Source: Octopus sinensis (taxonomy: Eukaryota). From it: a stretch of 64,000 bases of DNA. The stretch spans positions 70,494,001-70,558,000 of the forward strand of contig NC_043000.1 of assembly GCF_006345805.1 (NCBI RefSeq), written 5' to 3'. A program made the translations under genes and the position numbers. Position 1 is the stretch's first letter; each line of letters starts with the position of its first letter. Positions 1 to 13,400 of the stretch are shown in pieces. The notes under the pieces are model-generated. The model was not told the DNA's origin and did not search any database. It worked only from the letters and a program-made list of their open reading frames with translations.

Positions 1-522
1 CGTGCAGAACGGTTTCGTCGCTCTGACCGCATCTCGGGCAGGTCGGCCCCGTGTTTCTCGAGCCGTGTCTGTAGAGCTTATTCCGAACGGGTAGCGCTTC
101 TCGGTAGCACTGCCAGGCCAGGGATCTCTGGAAGTTGTCCATGGGCCCTGGCCCGAAAGTCGTCCTGAACAGGCGGGTCAGGTATTCCTCGTCGACGTCC
201 AGGTTCGCCCCGAGCTCATCGTCGTACCTCCCCTATAGAATGCTTTGGTTGTGTTGAAGTCACTCAAGGTCGACCAGGGACGGCAGAGTTGCTTGAGAGC
301 AACGCGACACTCGCGATGCCATTCGCCCTTCCTCGGCCTCTTTTTGATCCACGACTGCAGTTCGGTCATGGAAACGAGCTGCAGGAAAGCGTGCCTCACA
401 AACGGTGACCACACCTGTTCACCGTCGTCTACGTAGAGCCTGAGATGTCGCAGTCTCAGCGCGTGTCTGCGTATCATCAACCACGGCATGCCCAGTCCTC
501 CTTTTAACGGGAGTTGACAGCA
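1..522 (-). mobile_element. Tx1/L1-like LINE fragment (copy 1 of a ~1349-bp tandem unit, cut by window edge)
   Basis: Essentially identical to 1350-1871; abuts (AGAT)n. Confidence 0.7.
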
Positions 523-708
<186 letters not shown>

Positions 709-1871
709 TGTTTCTTTATTAGCCACACAGGGCTGCACACAGACGGGACAGATTACAAAGTAGAGCTTTTCTTTTTAGGGGAGAGAAGAAAAAAGAAGAA
801 AAAAGAAGAAAAAAAGAAAAGAAAGAAAAAAGAGAAAAAAAAAGAGGTGTGTTAGGTTTTCGATCAAAAGGGATCGTAAAAGGGAAAGAAGAAAAATAAA
901 ACAAGGGAAAAAAAGGTAAAAGAGAAAAAAAAACGATCACTAGGGATCATGTATCTCAGTGTCATGGTGTAAAGCGTAAAGGGGGAAGCAGATAAGGTTA
1001 TCCGTGGGAAGAAAAGCCGACGGAAAAGACCACGGTAACCTCGGTCAATGATGTTACATGTACCACATTTTTTTGCAAGTAGGTAACCCTTTGTTTTAAA
1101 TTTTCTTAAGTTTTCATTTAAGTATCACTTGTGTCTAAGGAGTAATAGTCAATGTAATTCATTAATTAAATTAATTATTTACGCAAGTTGATTATCTCAT
1201 AATTAGTTGATCCATACCTAAGCATAATTAGTTGATCCATACCTAAGATTATGAAAATAGCTCTTCCTTCCCGTTTGAAGGAAGGACACGTGACAGCAGT
1301 CGTTCGACATAAGCCCACAGGTCGGAAATTGTTGGACACTGCACGAGTGCGTGCAGAACGGTTTCGTCGCTCTGACCGCATCTCGGGCAGGTCGGCCCCG
1401 TGTTTCTCGAGCCGTGTCTGTAGAGCTTATTCCGAACGGGTAGCGCTTCTCGGTAGCACTGCCAGGCCAGGGATCTCTGGAAGTTGTCCATGGGCCCTGG
1501 CCCGAAAGTCGTCCTGAACAGGCGGGTCAGGTATTCCTCGTCGACGTCCAGGTTCGCCCCGAGCTCATCGTCGTACCTCCCCTATAGAATGCTTTGGTTG
1601 TGTTGAAGTCACTCAAGGTCGACCAGGGACGGCAGAGTTGCTTGAGAGCAACGCGACACTCGCGATGCCATTCGCCCTTCCTCGGCCTCTTTTTGATCCA
1701 CGACTGCAGTTCGGTCATGGAAACGAGCTGCAGGAAAGCGTGCCTCACAAACGGTGACCACACCTGTTCACCGTCGTCTACGTAGAGCCTGAGATGTCGC
1801 AGTCTCAGCGCGTGTCTGCGTATCATCAACCACGGCATGCCCAGTCCTCCTTTTAACGGGAGTTGACAGCA
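709..1871 (-). mobile_element. 5'-truncated, internally deleted Tx1/L1-like LINE between two (AGAT)n tracts
   Basis: Minus ORF 1249-1491 has a zf-RVT-type motif (AWQCYREALPV...CPRCGQSDETVLHALVQCP). Minus-strand AATAAA at ~715-720 is followed by a (TCTA)n tail. Confidence 0.7.
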
Positions 1872-1873
1872 AG

Positions 1874-1971
<98 letters not shown>

Positions 1972-2042
1972 GTAGACAGACAGACAGGTAGACAGACAGG
2001 TAGACAGACAGGTAGATAGACAGGTAGATAGACAGATAGATA
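1872..2042. repeat. (AGAT)n/(AGAC)n microsatellite
   Basis: Seen directly. Confidence 0.95.
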
Positions 2043-4162
2043 TTCGGTTAGGGTTGATCTGGATCTAAACAACATAGACATCATAATGTGTAATATGAAA
2101 AGCAAGGCAGCTATTTCTAATAGGCCTAAATGGCAACCTACCGTCTTACTGTTGGCTTGTGTAGCTTTAAATACAAAGCACACGCAAGGACTCTCTCAAG
2201 AATGCAACCAAATCTCCCTGAAATCATATTCTGGCGTCTTAGACACAAATATCTGAAACAAAGAACTCTGTTTAATCAGAGCTGACCTAGTACTAAACAG
2301 TAACAGTAAAAATGACAATAGCAGTAAAATCGGAAAAAATATACAAATGGTTTACCAGAATCATCAGTCTTTCTGCTGCTGGTGCAGTTGCTCTCGTCTT
2401 TGCTGCCATCGTCTTAGTCTTGAATGAACAGGTAATCCCATCTTAAACTTCTAAATTTTCATTTATTTATTTTTTTCTTTTGTCTCAATGTGTTCTTCAA
2501 TTCTAAGCATATTATAGTGAGTTTGGGTGCAACTACCTAATAGCCCTCGCTGTACACGTAGTCCGATGTTAACTTCTTAACCTGCATTCTTTACACTCGC
2601 TCTTAACAAGCTTTGTTGGTATTCCAGTCAAAAATTAAACACACTCTTATTTCTGTAATTTAGTAATGCAAAAGTTGGGTTGAACAATTACATTTTTCGG
2701 CATAATCTTCTTGCTTTTCATTGCACTTCTTCCAGCTATCCACAAGCTTGCTTATTCCATTGGAGAAAAAGGTTTTCTGCTGCTCGCGCAGCCATTTATG
2801 GGCCATCTGCCGGGAAAGATTGTAGATACATGTCGCTCAGCTAGCTCAACATACTGGAAAGAGTTTATGTATCAAAAGCAGTCTTTTATAGGATACAAGA
2901 AAAAGATTCTAGAAGATTAAATCACATCATAGCTTGACGCTGATAGGTTGCTTAATAGAACCATCACGTGAAACTACTGTGGTTCGGTCGTGGTGTCTCA
3001 CCAATTATCCAGTTATTAGGTTTCGAATCACTGCTACACTACCTACACAACGAAAAAATACTCAAAAGAAAATTCCACATGCATATGCGAAGATAGTAAG
3101 CTCTGACCCTTATAATATCTGTCTCTAGATGTTCGATTTCTTTGAAAATCTTATTCGTCCACAAACATCCTAAAATCACATTCACAGAAAATAGTATCAA
3201 CATCAATACTTCGTCACCCTAAGTGCTACCGAGAAGCAGACCACCAGATATAAATGCAAAGAAACAGCATTTGTCATGCTTCAAATCCACCTCTGCTCTG
3301 GCTTCTACCATAATCTACAAGCAAACAGCAAAAGGCTGGACAGTGATATAAGCCCAACGCGTCCAAGCTGCAACATTTCACCTCAAGCGATATACCGCTT
3401 TATAATCTATTGCAATAAACTATTATGCGCGGTATATCCTCAACTATATGGAGATGTATGTAAATACTCGATATGTGGATCGTGCCCTGTCATTTGACCG
3501 ACTAACTGAATTCCTTAGGTTTATTCAAACGGGGCTGACTGAAGCTACATAGCAACTAATAGCCAGAGTACATTACTTATGTGGTAATATTTTCTCTTGT
3601 CGATGGTTATTGATTCCATCGTATCACTGTTTACATATTGAATGTGAAAAACCATATCAACCAAAATTGATTTGAATCTTATATACTTTAAAGAATTATG
3701 TATTTACTGTCTGATATTAAAAACATAATATCAGATCATTCTGTATTTAATTTTTGACCACGTTTCTATTACCTCCTTACACTAACTGGCTTCTAAAAGG
3801 ATATTTATCTTTTAAAATTGCTGTCTCCCATTATCTTCTTCCGTCACTAAAGCCGATGCCTTCAATTTAATGAAAATGGATGTCACTTAGTTTTTGAAAG
3901 CCATTCAAATATAGAACAATAATTGTCAATCCTAAATTTATCAATCACAAGTGTCTTTGCAGAAAAATCAATAATTGTCTATACAAGGAAATCTTTCAAA
4001 TTCGTTTTCAGATAAATACGTCTTTATTTGCCAGAAAGAACATTTTACCTTCTGAAAATTTTTTTTTTATCTTCGTAACAAGAGATTATTATTTGGAGTA
4101 AGATTGTTTTAATTTTTTTTCTACTCACTTCTAAAAGATTTGGTTGCCCTAAAAATAATTAA

Positions 4163-4246
<84 letters not shown>

Positions 4247-4248
4247 TA

Positions 4249-4280
<32 letters not shown>

Positions 4281-4507
4281 TCATAATTAATCAATATAGG
4301 GTGGCAAAAAATTTTGTAGAATCTTTTGCCACCAGCGGCCTAGTGGAAAAAATTAAATAGTCATAGACCATTTTTAAGTTCAACATCACAATCAAGGAAC
4401 GGCCATAATAGGCCATTCACCCACTAGAAATAACAGCCAAAGCTTCAACCGCAAATAAAAATCAATTCCGTAAACCAGGAGAAAATTAAAAAAACATTTA
4501 CCCTGTA

Positions 4508-4614
4508 ATTTCTTATACGATGCACCGTTTCATCTACTGTTTAATGGTAAACTAACCTGATTAAATTAAATCAAGCCAATCTTCCATAGGCCCTTAGATT
4601 CATCAGTAAGAAAT
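4508..4614 (-). ncRNA. Type I hammerhead ribozyme, copy 1
   Basis: Minus strand reads ATTTCTTA-CTGATGA-ATCTA..(long loop)..TAGAT-GAAA-CGGTGCATCG-TA^TAAGAAAT. Stem I is 8 bp, stem II 5 bp, stem III quasi-palindromic, GUA triplet. Predicted cut between 4516 and 4515. Confidence 0.88.
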
Positions 4615-4994
4615 AGCCAAGTCGGAACAGATATTTTCACGAGGCATTTCCGACCCTGCCAAGGCAATATCTGACCTAAAATTTTCAAATCATCGCACTC
4701 GCGCCAAATTTATCGGCAGCAAATAAATATAAGCCGTCGATTCCATTACGGAATTAACCAGAAAATTCATAATTAATCAATATAGGGTGGCAAAAAATTT
4801 TGTAGAATCTTTTGCCACCAGCGGCCTAGTGGGAAAAAATTAAATAGTCATAGACCATTTTTAAGTTCAACATCACAATCAAGGAACGGCCATAATAGGC
4901 CATTCACCCACTAGAAATAACAGCCAAAGCTTCAACCGCAAATAAAAATCAATTCCGTAAACCAGGAGAAAATTAAAAAAACATTTACCCTGTA

Positions 4995-5101
4995 ATTTCT
5001 TATACGATGCACCGTTTCATCTACTGTTTAATGGTAAACTAACCTGATTAAATTAAATCAAGCCAATCTTCCATAGGCCCTTAGATTCATCAGTAAGAAA
5101 T
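4995..5101 (-). ncRNA. Type I hammerhead ribozyme, copy 2
   Basis: Same core and stems as copy 1. Confidence 0.88.
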
Positions 5102-5481
5102 AGCCAAGTCGGAACAGATATTTTCACGAGGTATTTCCGACCCTGCCAAGGCAATATCTGACCTAAAATTTTCAAATCATCGCACTCGCGCCAAATTTAT
5201 CGGCAGCAAATAAATATAAGCCGTCGATTCCATTACGGAATTAACCAGAAAATTCATAATTAATCAATATAGGGTGGCAAAAAATTTTGTAGAATCTTTT
5301 GCCACCAGCGGCCTAGTGGGAAAAAATTAAATAGTCATAGACCATTTTTAAGTTCAACATCACAATCAAGGAACGGCCATAATAGGCCATTCACCTACTA
5401 GAAATAACAGCCAAAGCTTCAACCGCAAATAAAAATCAATTCCGTAAACCAGGAGAAAATTAAAAAAACATTTACCCTGTA

Positions 5482-5588
5482 ATTTCTTATACGATGCACC
5501 GTTTCATCTACTGTTTAATGGTAAAATAACCTGATTAAATTAAATCAAGCCAATCTTCCATAGGCCCTTAGATTCATCAGTAAGAAAT
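5482..5588 (-). ncRNA. Type I hammerhead ribozyme, copy 3
   Basis: Same core and stems; one substitution in the stem II loop. Confidence 0.88.
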
Positions 5589-5964
5589 AGCCAAGTCGGA
5601 ACAGATATTTTCACGAGGCATTTCCGACCCTGCCAAGGCAATATCTGACCTAAAATTTTCAAATCATCGCACTCGCGCCAAATTTATCGGCAGCAAATAA
5701 ATATAAGCCGTCGATTCCATTACGGAATTAACCAGAAAATTCATAATTAATCAATATAGGGTGGCAAAAAATTTTGTAGAATCTTTTGCCACCAGCGGCC
5801 TAGTGGGAAAAAATTAAATAGTCATAGACCATTTTTAAGTTCAACATCACAATCAAGGAACGGCCATAATAGGCCATTCACCCACTAGAAATAACAGCCA
5901 AAGCTTCAACCGCAAATAAAAATCAATTCCGTAAACCAGGAGAAAATGATATATATATATATAC

Positions 5965-6472
5965 ATATAAAACTGTAGTTGTGTGAGTGTCTGTCCCCTT
6001 CGATTTAGATTCCTAACTCCTCCCACATTTTGCGGTGCAGTTTAACCAAATTCGGGTATCTTATAGTCGTGATTAATATCGGGCCCGTCTGGCTATTAGC
6101 GCGCGTCTACGATGAGTCTACGATTTTTAAAATAATTTAACATCATTTTTTATTCCATTTTAATGCATAATTTTTCGTGTCGATGGCGGCGGTGTTGGCG
6201 TCCACGCTCAAACACCTGCACCTGTGTTTGCTTCTCCCCCTTCTTCCCTCCCTCGTGAAGCTGTGGGGAAGGGAGTGTAAGCAAATCAACGTCGTAAAGC
6301 GTTGTCAAGGAGACCAGCGTTCTTTTAGAACAACGACTTCATGGCTTGAAGACACCAAAACAGAAATGGCTAAGAAAGCCCGAATTGGCATCTATAAGGG
6401 AAGTAACTCTCTAAAAATGCTTATATAGTTATTTCCCTTACAAACCCGAGCAACGCCGGGCGATACTGCTAG
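5965..6472 (+). mobile_element. Non-autonomous Helitron-like element
   Basis: 3' GC hairpin CCCGAGCAACGCCGGG followed ~8 nt later by CTAG|T; 5' end merges into (TA)n. Confidence 0.7.
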
Positions 6473-6517
6473 TATATATATATATATGAAATAAAATTAA
6501 AAACAGAACACAAAGGA

Positions 6518-6606
6518 TATCGCAGTACACGTGTTTCAAGCTTTATAAATAATTCGTTCTTACATCTGATATAAAAGATGGTTTAAAGCTCTCTTCAGCC
6601 GCAAAC
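6518..6606 (-). ncRNA. Minimal type I hammerhead in a ~260-bp (TA)n-flanked element (6488-6744)
   Basis: Minus strand reads TTGCGG-CTGAAGA-GAGCTTTA...TAAAGCTT-GAAA-CACGTG-TA^CTGCGA; palindromic stem III. Confidence 0.78.
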
Positions 6607-6741
6607 ACTGTTATTCCAAAGAGTTACATCACACTATAAAAAATATTAAAAGTACATGTAGTATTACCCATTATAATAGGTATATCATATCTCCCTGAAA
6701 AAGTGTATTTGTAAAATTTCCTGCCCTAAATTTACAGTACC

Positions 6742-6788
<47 letters not shown>

Positions 6789-6940
6789 TGTATGTATACA
6801 CACACACATAAATACATACTGGATCTAGGTTAGAAAGTGGCTCTTTCTCTATTGGCAAAAAATCTTGAAATAAAACTGAATAATGACACACATACATACA
6901 TTTGGAAGTGTAAGTAACTTTTTCATACACACTTTAAAGA

Positions 6941-7058
6941 GGAGTAAACTGGAAATAAAGTAGGAAATAGACAGGAGTAAACTGGAAATAAAGTAGGAAA
7001 TAGACAGGAGTAAACTGGAAATAAAGTAGGAAATAGACAGGAGTAAACTGGAAATAAA
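6941..7058. repeat. 33-bp minisatellite, ~3.6 copies
   Basis: AGGAGTAAACTGGAAATAAAGTAGGAAATAGAC repeated. Confidence 0.9.
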
Positions 7059-8065
7059 CAGTCACTGCAATAGTACACTTCACTTCAAATACAAGGGATC
7101 GTGTTCTGTCTGAATTTTCCTTAAATTCTGACCAGACAATTCAATGAAATTATCGAAGTAACCAGTGACAGAGGTTTTTTTTAGTACACGCGAGCACACA
7201 CATAAACACGCACGCATAAACACACACAAACACGCATTAACGCACAGACACATATGCATTTGCATACACACCGACACGCACTTACCGATGCGTGCGCGTG
7301 CAAGCACTCGCACGTATACACACACCACGTTTTGGAAGAGAAATTGCTACAACAAAATAAACAGAAGTAATCTGATAAAGTAACGATTGAAGAGAACATG
7401 ACAGTAAAATAGAGAGTAAGACTTCGTATTTTATAGCTAACCCAGTGTTTCTCAGATTATATCCCGCAATGGTTGATATTAACTTTCATCATGTGATAAA
7501 ATAGATACCTGTATTATATTGACTTAGTTCAATCAACTATACTTATATCCACATTACAAAATGAAATTTTCCATTATGCACAATCGAGAAATCCATATCA
7601 CCATCGGCAGCTACATAAACTACAACAACTACCGTTAAATATGTTTGACGAGTTTCCCAATTCATTCATAACCATGAAACATACTGAATTTCATTAATCT
7701 ATAATTTCAAATCATTTGTTGAACTGATTCTTTATCTGCCTCTAAGCATTTCACACAAATACATGAATACTAACATCGAAAAGATATTTCATCCCAAAAA
7801 ATTACTTGAATGGAAACAGACAGAATCTATTGCAAATTCAATTACAGAAAGAAACAAGCAAAATTATATAAATTTACTATAACCAGAATTTTCATTTATA
7901 TTGTTAATGAAATTTAAAATAATAACAATATACAAATTAGTTTTACAATCTTGATTCATTTTTATAAAAACAAATTAACTAGAACTTTCTTTTCCTGGGA
8001 ATATTCTTTATATCATCTTCATTACCATCGTTTTTGTTTTGTACATATGCACGTATACACAGTAA

Positions 8066-8360
8066 TCTCTATATATAAAAATGAGAATGTGTGTTTGTCT
8101 ATCTGTCTGTGTGAATCTCTAAAACTCAAGAACTACACAACCGATTTCATTCAAATTTTATACATGCCTTACTTAGAGTCCATATAGTGTAATGGGCCAA
8201 AATATTTTCAACTTTTTGCCTAATGCGAGCCCAGAGCAATCTCTTATATCTTCCACTATTTCAGTATTACGTGTCAAAAGTGAAACAATAATATCTCTCT
8301 ATCGTAATGTCAGATACTTTTACTTTAATAGTTTCACTATTAATACTGAAACTATTAAAG
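8066..8360 (+). mobile_element. Helitron-like 5' fragment
   Basis: A|TCTCTATATATAAAA start followed by GTCT/GTGT simple repeats, typical of invertebrate Helitron 5' ends. Confidence 0.45.
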
Positions 8361-8421
8361 TGAAACTATCATCTCACATATATACAGGCATACATATAAT
8401 ATATTATATATATATATATAT

Positions 8422-8500
<79 letters not shown>

Positions 8501-8514
8501 TAGATGTTTATGTA

Positions 8515-8770
8515 TACGGGACGCATCCGAGGTGCAGCAACATCAAAGGAAGATTAACCGGGAAGATAGCTTTCGTGTGCGGCAGATGCACAGGGGTAAT
8601 AAACACCACAGATACTCAGAAAACAGATTCCATCACACTCCTGGGGAAGAAACTAGAAGTAGTTGATAGCTTCCGCTACCTAGGTGACCAAGTTAGTAGT
8701 CGGGGGGTACTCTGAGAGTGTAACCACTAGAATAAGAATAGCCTGGGCAAAGTTTAGAAAGCTTCTACCC
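8515..8770 (+). mobile_element. RTE-clade LINE fragment
   Basis: Similar to the RTE copies at ~31700-31900 and ~58570-58770 (KLEVVDSFRYLG...RIRIAWAKFRKLLPLL). Confidence 0.7.
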
Positions 8771-9156
8771 CTGCTGCTGCTGCTACTACTACAGCCAATG
8801 ACCTACTGCTACAACTCCAACCACTGCTGCTGCTGCTGCTACAACTCCAACCACCACCATCACGGTCGCTACTACTACGACCAACAGTCACTGTTACTAC
8901 TGCTATTTCGGCCACCAGTCATTTTTCACAATTACAGCCAACGAATCTAGTCAACGCACAAGACAGCCATATGCTCACACACGTACACACACAAAACACC
9001 ACAACTTGAACTCTGTTGAGACTAGTAAGAAACAATTATGAAGTTTTTTATTACACTTTTAAAAACTTTTTGAGAAGGTTCGTTTTTTCAAGAAGAACCG
9101 AAACATGTAAAATCTCTAAGATTATCTTATATAGTGGCGTTTTCAAACTTCTTTTT

Positions 9157-9207
<51 letters not shown>

Positions 9208-9210
<3 letters not shown>

Positions 9211-11142
9211 ACTGATAGGAATAAGCAAATATGGTTTGTAATCCCCTTTGGTAAGCAGATTAGAACTAACCTCCCCCTCATGTTTAGACAAGCCATCGCC
9301 AATAACTTCCCCAGAAATTCCAAATATTACTCCACGGTTAACTCACATAAAGTTAGGATAGCTTTCTCCAACACTAAAAACCTCGCCCAGATAATCGCCT
9401 CCCATAATAATAGGCTACTTACTAAGACCCTATCACCTTTTTCCGGAGGCACAGCCTCTTCCGCTCCCGGTTTAATGCTCAGTAGGAATAATTATAGTAG
9501 TAATAATGATATGAGAGCCAGTACAGTGACACATAATCTCAGCTCCAGCCAGGGAGTACCCACTAGGGGTATAGTTATAAATAGGGGTGTTGTGGTTGAT
9601 GGTAACAATGGGAGTAGGGTAGAGAGCCCCTTTAGCATCCCCAGCATCATTTCCCGCAATAGCAGTACCACGGGCAGTAGCAATGACAGCACTCTGATAG
9701 ATAGTGGAGAATCAGGGGTTATTCCTATAGTTAATAGTGACGTAGTGGAAAATAGAGTAGTAAGCGGCTGCAGGTCTCGGAACGAATATAGTGACAGGAA
9801 CGCAGTTCTAATTTCAGAAACCAATCCTAGCAGAGTAAGATTCACGTCGGCGAACTCCAAGATCAAAAACGCCGTCTACCAATGCAAGGTTTACACGGAC
9901 TCAGATGCCTTCACTTATATAGGGGCATCATCCTCAAGATTGTCTTTGCGTGTCTCCAACCATTACGCAACTTTTCGGGACGTGAACAAGCGCCAGACCA
10001 CGGGACTCAGTAAGCTAATATGGCGACTGAAGGATGCGAACTTAAGCTATAGGCTGGAATGGTCAATTTTGTCGGTGGCCCTCCCATTTGATAGGGGCAG
10101 AAGACAGTGCAACCTTTGTGTCTCCGAACTCTTCCATATTTTGTTTGCCAGAGGCCGGATGGTAAACGGGCTCTTACAGTCGGCTTTTCGATGCCCCCAT
10201 TGGCGGCGTTACACTTATCTGGCCTTTAAATAGCGTTTATAAATAAGACCGGCACCCATAGCCCTTGGTAACAAATTCTGAAATAGATTTTAAGATATCT
10301 ACAATTAACCACTGCAAGGGAAATTACTCCTGTAAGACAAACGGGGCTTGTTTTTTCACAGCGGGGGGTTCCTTATCAAGGCAGGCTTAGATGAACACAC
10401 ACACACACACATAAAACATAATATATATATATAATTTCTTTATTTTTTTTCTTTCTGCCACCCAACGGTTATCACGGCAGTAGCCACTGACAGCCGAACG
10501 ATCAAACGCACACACGTACACAAAAAATGTTTTCTACCCCTACGCCAACACACACATATATAGAACAGTATACACACACACACACACGTCTCTAAGTAGA
10601 TTTTTTCTCGCCCCTTATAAAACATCCAATATTCTTTAAATAGTCAGAACTTTATTCTCGGTCACAAAGAACATCTATACACCCTCACCCACATGATTGA
10701 CCGATGCCTGACCTGTTGAATTCTTCAGCCACCGGTTCTCAACATACACTGATAAACAGTTTCGCCATGGGCTCTTAGGAGCACAGTTCGATTTGTTTTT
10801 TGCTCTGCCTCTGTTCTGTTTTTGTTTTTCCAACGGATTTCCTTTTTTCTTCCTGAAGAGAAAGACACAATATGGTCCCATTATTCAATCGGATTTTGGT
10901 AATTTGTGCCTTTCGAAACACGTGTAGAATGAAATAAAACGATTTCTGTTCAATCTGCGTTCAGCTCCATTTCTTCAATTCACCAATAATGTTTTAATTT
11001 CAATTATCCGCACCAACGCACGGTTGCAACGCCAGATGGTTGTACCTCCAACCGTGCTGTTCACTGCTGTGATTTTTGCTACTAAGGTATCGGTTAAACT
11101 TTTGATTAATCTACTACAAGATTATTCATCTTTCTATTTCAC

Positions 11143-11143
<1 letters not shown>
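9208..11143 (+). mobile_element. 5'-truncated Penelope-like element in (TA)n, with GIY-YIG endonuclease (open frame to 10233) and 3' hammerhead
   Basis: AVYQC..TYIGAS..RVSNHY..TGLSKLIW..W.IL..CNLC motif series matches a PLE GIY-YIG domain. Both ends abut (TA)n. The ORF start at 9016 only reads through the TA tract. Confidence 0.8.
10845..10934 (+). ncRNA. Minimal type I hammerhead (PLE 3' region)
   Basis: TTCTTC-CTGAAGA-GAAAGACACAA...TTGTGCCTTTC-GAAA-CACGTG-TA^GAATGAA; predicted cut after 10926. Confidence 0.78.
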
Positions 11144-11208
<65 letters not shown>

Positions 11209-11576
11209 GGTATGTATGTATGTACAGAAACCATTCCCACACTCTAAACTACAAAGCATGATCCAAAAAGAAGAGCAAGTCGACATTATTGGGTGCATTT
11301 GCAGTCACGGGTTTTATATCAGAGTGTCCCTGGTGATTCGGAGAGGGAGGCACAAGACCGTGATGGATGGAGGAAGATAGCGCATGATGGTAGTTCAAGG
11401 TTTGAGAGGGAGAGGGTGAAGTATGAGAAAGTTAGGAGGGGGGCTTAGATGCAAGGAACTTGTGAAAAGTGAGAGAGTGTTGCTTTTTGTGTGTGTGGTT
11501 TGTGTGAGGAGGTTTTTGAGTCGTGCAGGCCTGGTTAGCCATCAAATATCTCACAGAAATTGACCCATGATAAACA

Positions 11577-13398
11577 GTGATGTGGCTACTAAAATTCACA
11601 AAAGAATGTACGAAATGTGGAAGGGTGTACCTCTCAGCTGGAGGTCTGAAAAGACATGTTAAGAGAGTGCATATGGTAGCACCTGTTTCTTCTGCCAGTA
11701 CAGTTGTCCAATATGTAATAAAATTTGTAAAAGTTTGGCTGGACTTAAAAGACATGACATCAATAATGAATCATTTCAGTAAGTCTTTTTGGCAATGGCT
11801 TTTCTCGTGTAAAGAGTTTGAAAGCAAGGTTTGTCGGGCTCTTTATAAAATGACAGGCTATACAGTGGAGAAACTGGGTAAATTATCAAGCTCAGTATAC
11901 GATATAGGAAAAGATTTATTTGGAATAAAAGAGAATATCCGACTAGAGAAAGGAAAGTATGGACCAAGCAGGAGGATCAGAAAAATGCAGCAGTTGAGGA
12001 AGGAAAAGTCCGACTTAAGAAAGCGATGGAGATGTGCTGCACTAGATGAGAAACCTGGCCTTGCGCTGCTGTTTAACGAGTTGAAGAGGAAATGTCGTTA
12101 TGTGCAACGACATATCCGCCAATATGAGCGTCGAAAGGAGAGTAAAAGGACTCGGGGGTAGTTTCTGAAGGACCCGTACGGGTTTACTAAGAAGCTGTTC
12201 ACTGAACCGAAGAGTGGTACTTTATCATGCACTAAAGAAGAATTGGAAGCTCATATCAAGGAAACCTACAGCGATCCGCACCGTAACCAGCCGCTTCCAC
12301 CTCTATATGGGCTAAATCATCTCTCAGGACCTGATATCGAATTCCAGATTGGGGACATCAGGGAGAGAGAGGTGAATGACTTCGTAAGAAAAGCTAGAGC
12401 AAAGAGTGCCCCAGGAGGTGATGGCGTCTCATATAAAGTCTACAAGTACTGCAATCGTCTGCGAAAGAAACTCTTCGTCCTACTCCGACAACTGTGGCAC
12501 GAGGAGACTATAGTAGAGGATTGGTGTAAGGCAGAAGGTATATACCTGCCGAAAGAGGCCAATGCAAAGACCATAAAACAGTTTAGGCCGATATCCTTAT
12601 TGAATGTGGAAGGCAAGATCTTTATGGGAATTCTGTCGAGGAGAACAGTGACATATTTACAGAGTAACGGATATGTTGATGAATCTGTTCAAAAGGCCGG
12701 AATCCCCGGGATCCCTGGATACGTTGAACACTGTTATTCGATTTGGAAAGCGATCCAGGACGCCAAACAGAACAAGAAAAGTCTGAACGTGGTATGGCTC
12801 GACCTAGCTAACGCGTATGGTTCAGTGCCATACGAATTACTAATAACAGCCATGGACCACTTCCACATTCCTGACAAAGTGATCAAAATAATGAGGATGT
12901 ACTGTGACAGTTTCGAAATGAGGTTTACAACTGGAAATTTTACAAAACATTGGCACCGATTGGAGGTTGGCATTGCTGCTGGCTGTACAATATCTGTCAC
13001 GTGGTTTATCTTAGTCATGGAGTTGATTTTGAAAGGTGTAGATTTTTCGGAACAAATCGCCCATGTACAATCGCCTAAGAAAGCCTTCATGGATGACGTG
13101 ACACTTCTAGTTACAGATAAACAAATCATGCAGAATGCCCTCTTGAGATTAGACGAACTTGTAAGGTGGTCAAGGATGCGATTTAGAGCAAAAAAGTCGC
13201 GTAGTCTGACATTTGTTAAGGGAGTGCAGAAAGAATTTAAGTTTCGAATATCTGAAGAAAGCATTCCAACAGTCAAGGAAGAGCCCGTCAAGAGCTTGGG
13301 ACGAGTATACGCTGGAACATTGTCAGACAGAAGTCGTGGGATTGAAATTATGAAACAGGCCGAGTCTGGGTTATCAGCGATAATTCGAAGTTACCAGG
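11577..13398 (+). mobile_element. HERO-like (RLE-type) non-LTR retrotransposon: N-terminal C2H2 finger plus RT, one in-frame stop, interrupted by mariner
   Basis: Motifs CTKCGRVY..GGLKRHVKRVH, KSAPGGDG, FRPISLLNVEGKIF, QKAGIPGIPG, WLDLANAYGSVP, GCTISV, AFMDD. ORFs 11577 and 12243 are in the same frame, split by TAG at 12159-12161. Confidence 0.8.
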
Positions 13399-13400
13399 TA

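Larger units (their letters stand above)
4281..5947 (-). repeat. Tandem array of ~487-bp non-coding units (3.4 copies) inside (TA)n; retrozyme-like
   Basis: Units start at 4281, 4767, 5254 and 5741 and are near-identical. No ORF. (TA)n on both sides. Each complete unit contains a hammerhead. Confidence 0.92.

Noticed and set aside
4281-7058. Tandem repeats as a possible CRISPR array
   Set aside because: No unique spacers, eukaryotic context and no cas genes
9066-9115. Hammerhead-like GGTTC..GAACC-GAAA-CATG-TA
   Set aside because: CUGANGA core is degenerate (TTGAGAA); at most a dead remnant
9016-9207. N-terminus of the 405-aa ORF
   Set aside because: Read-through of (TA)n and an upstream fragment; the real homology starts after 9207
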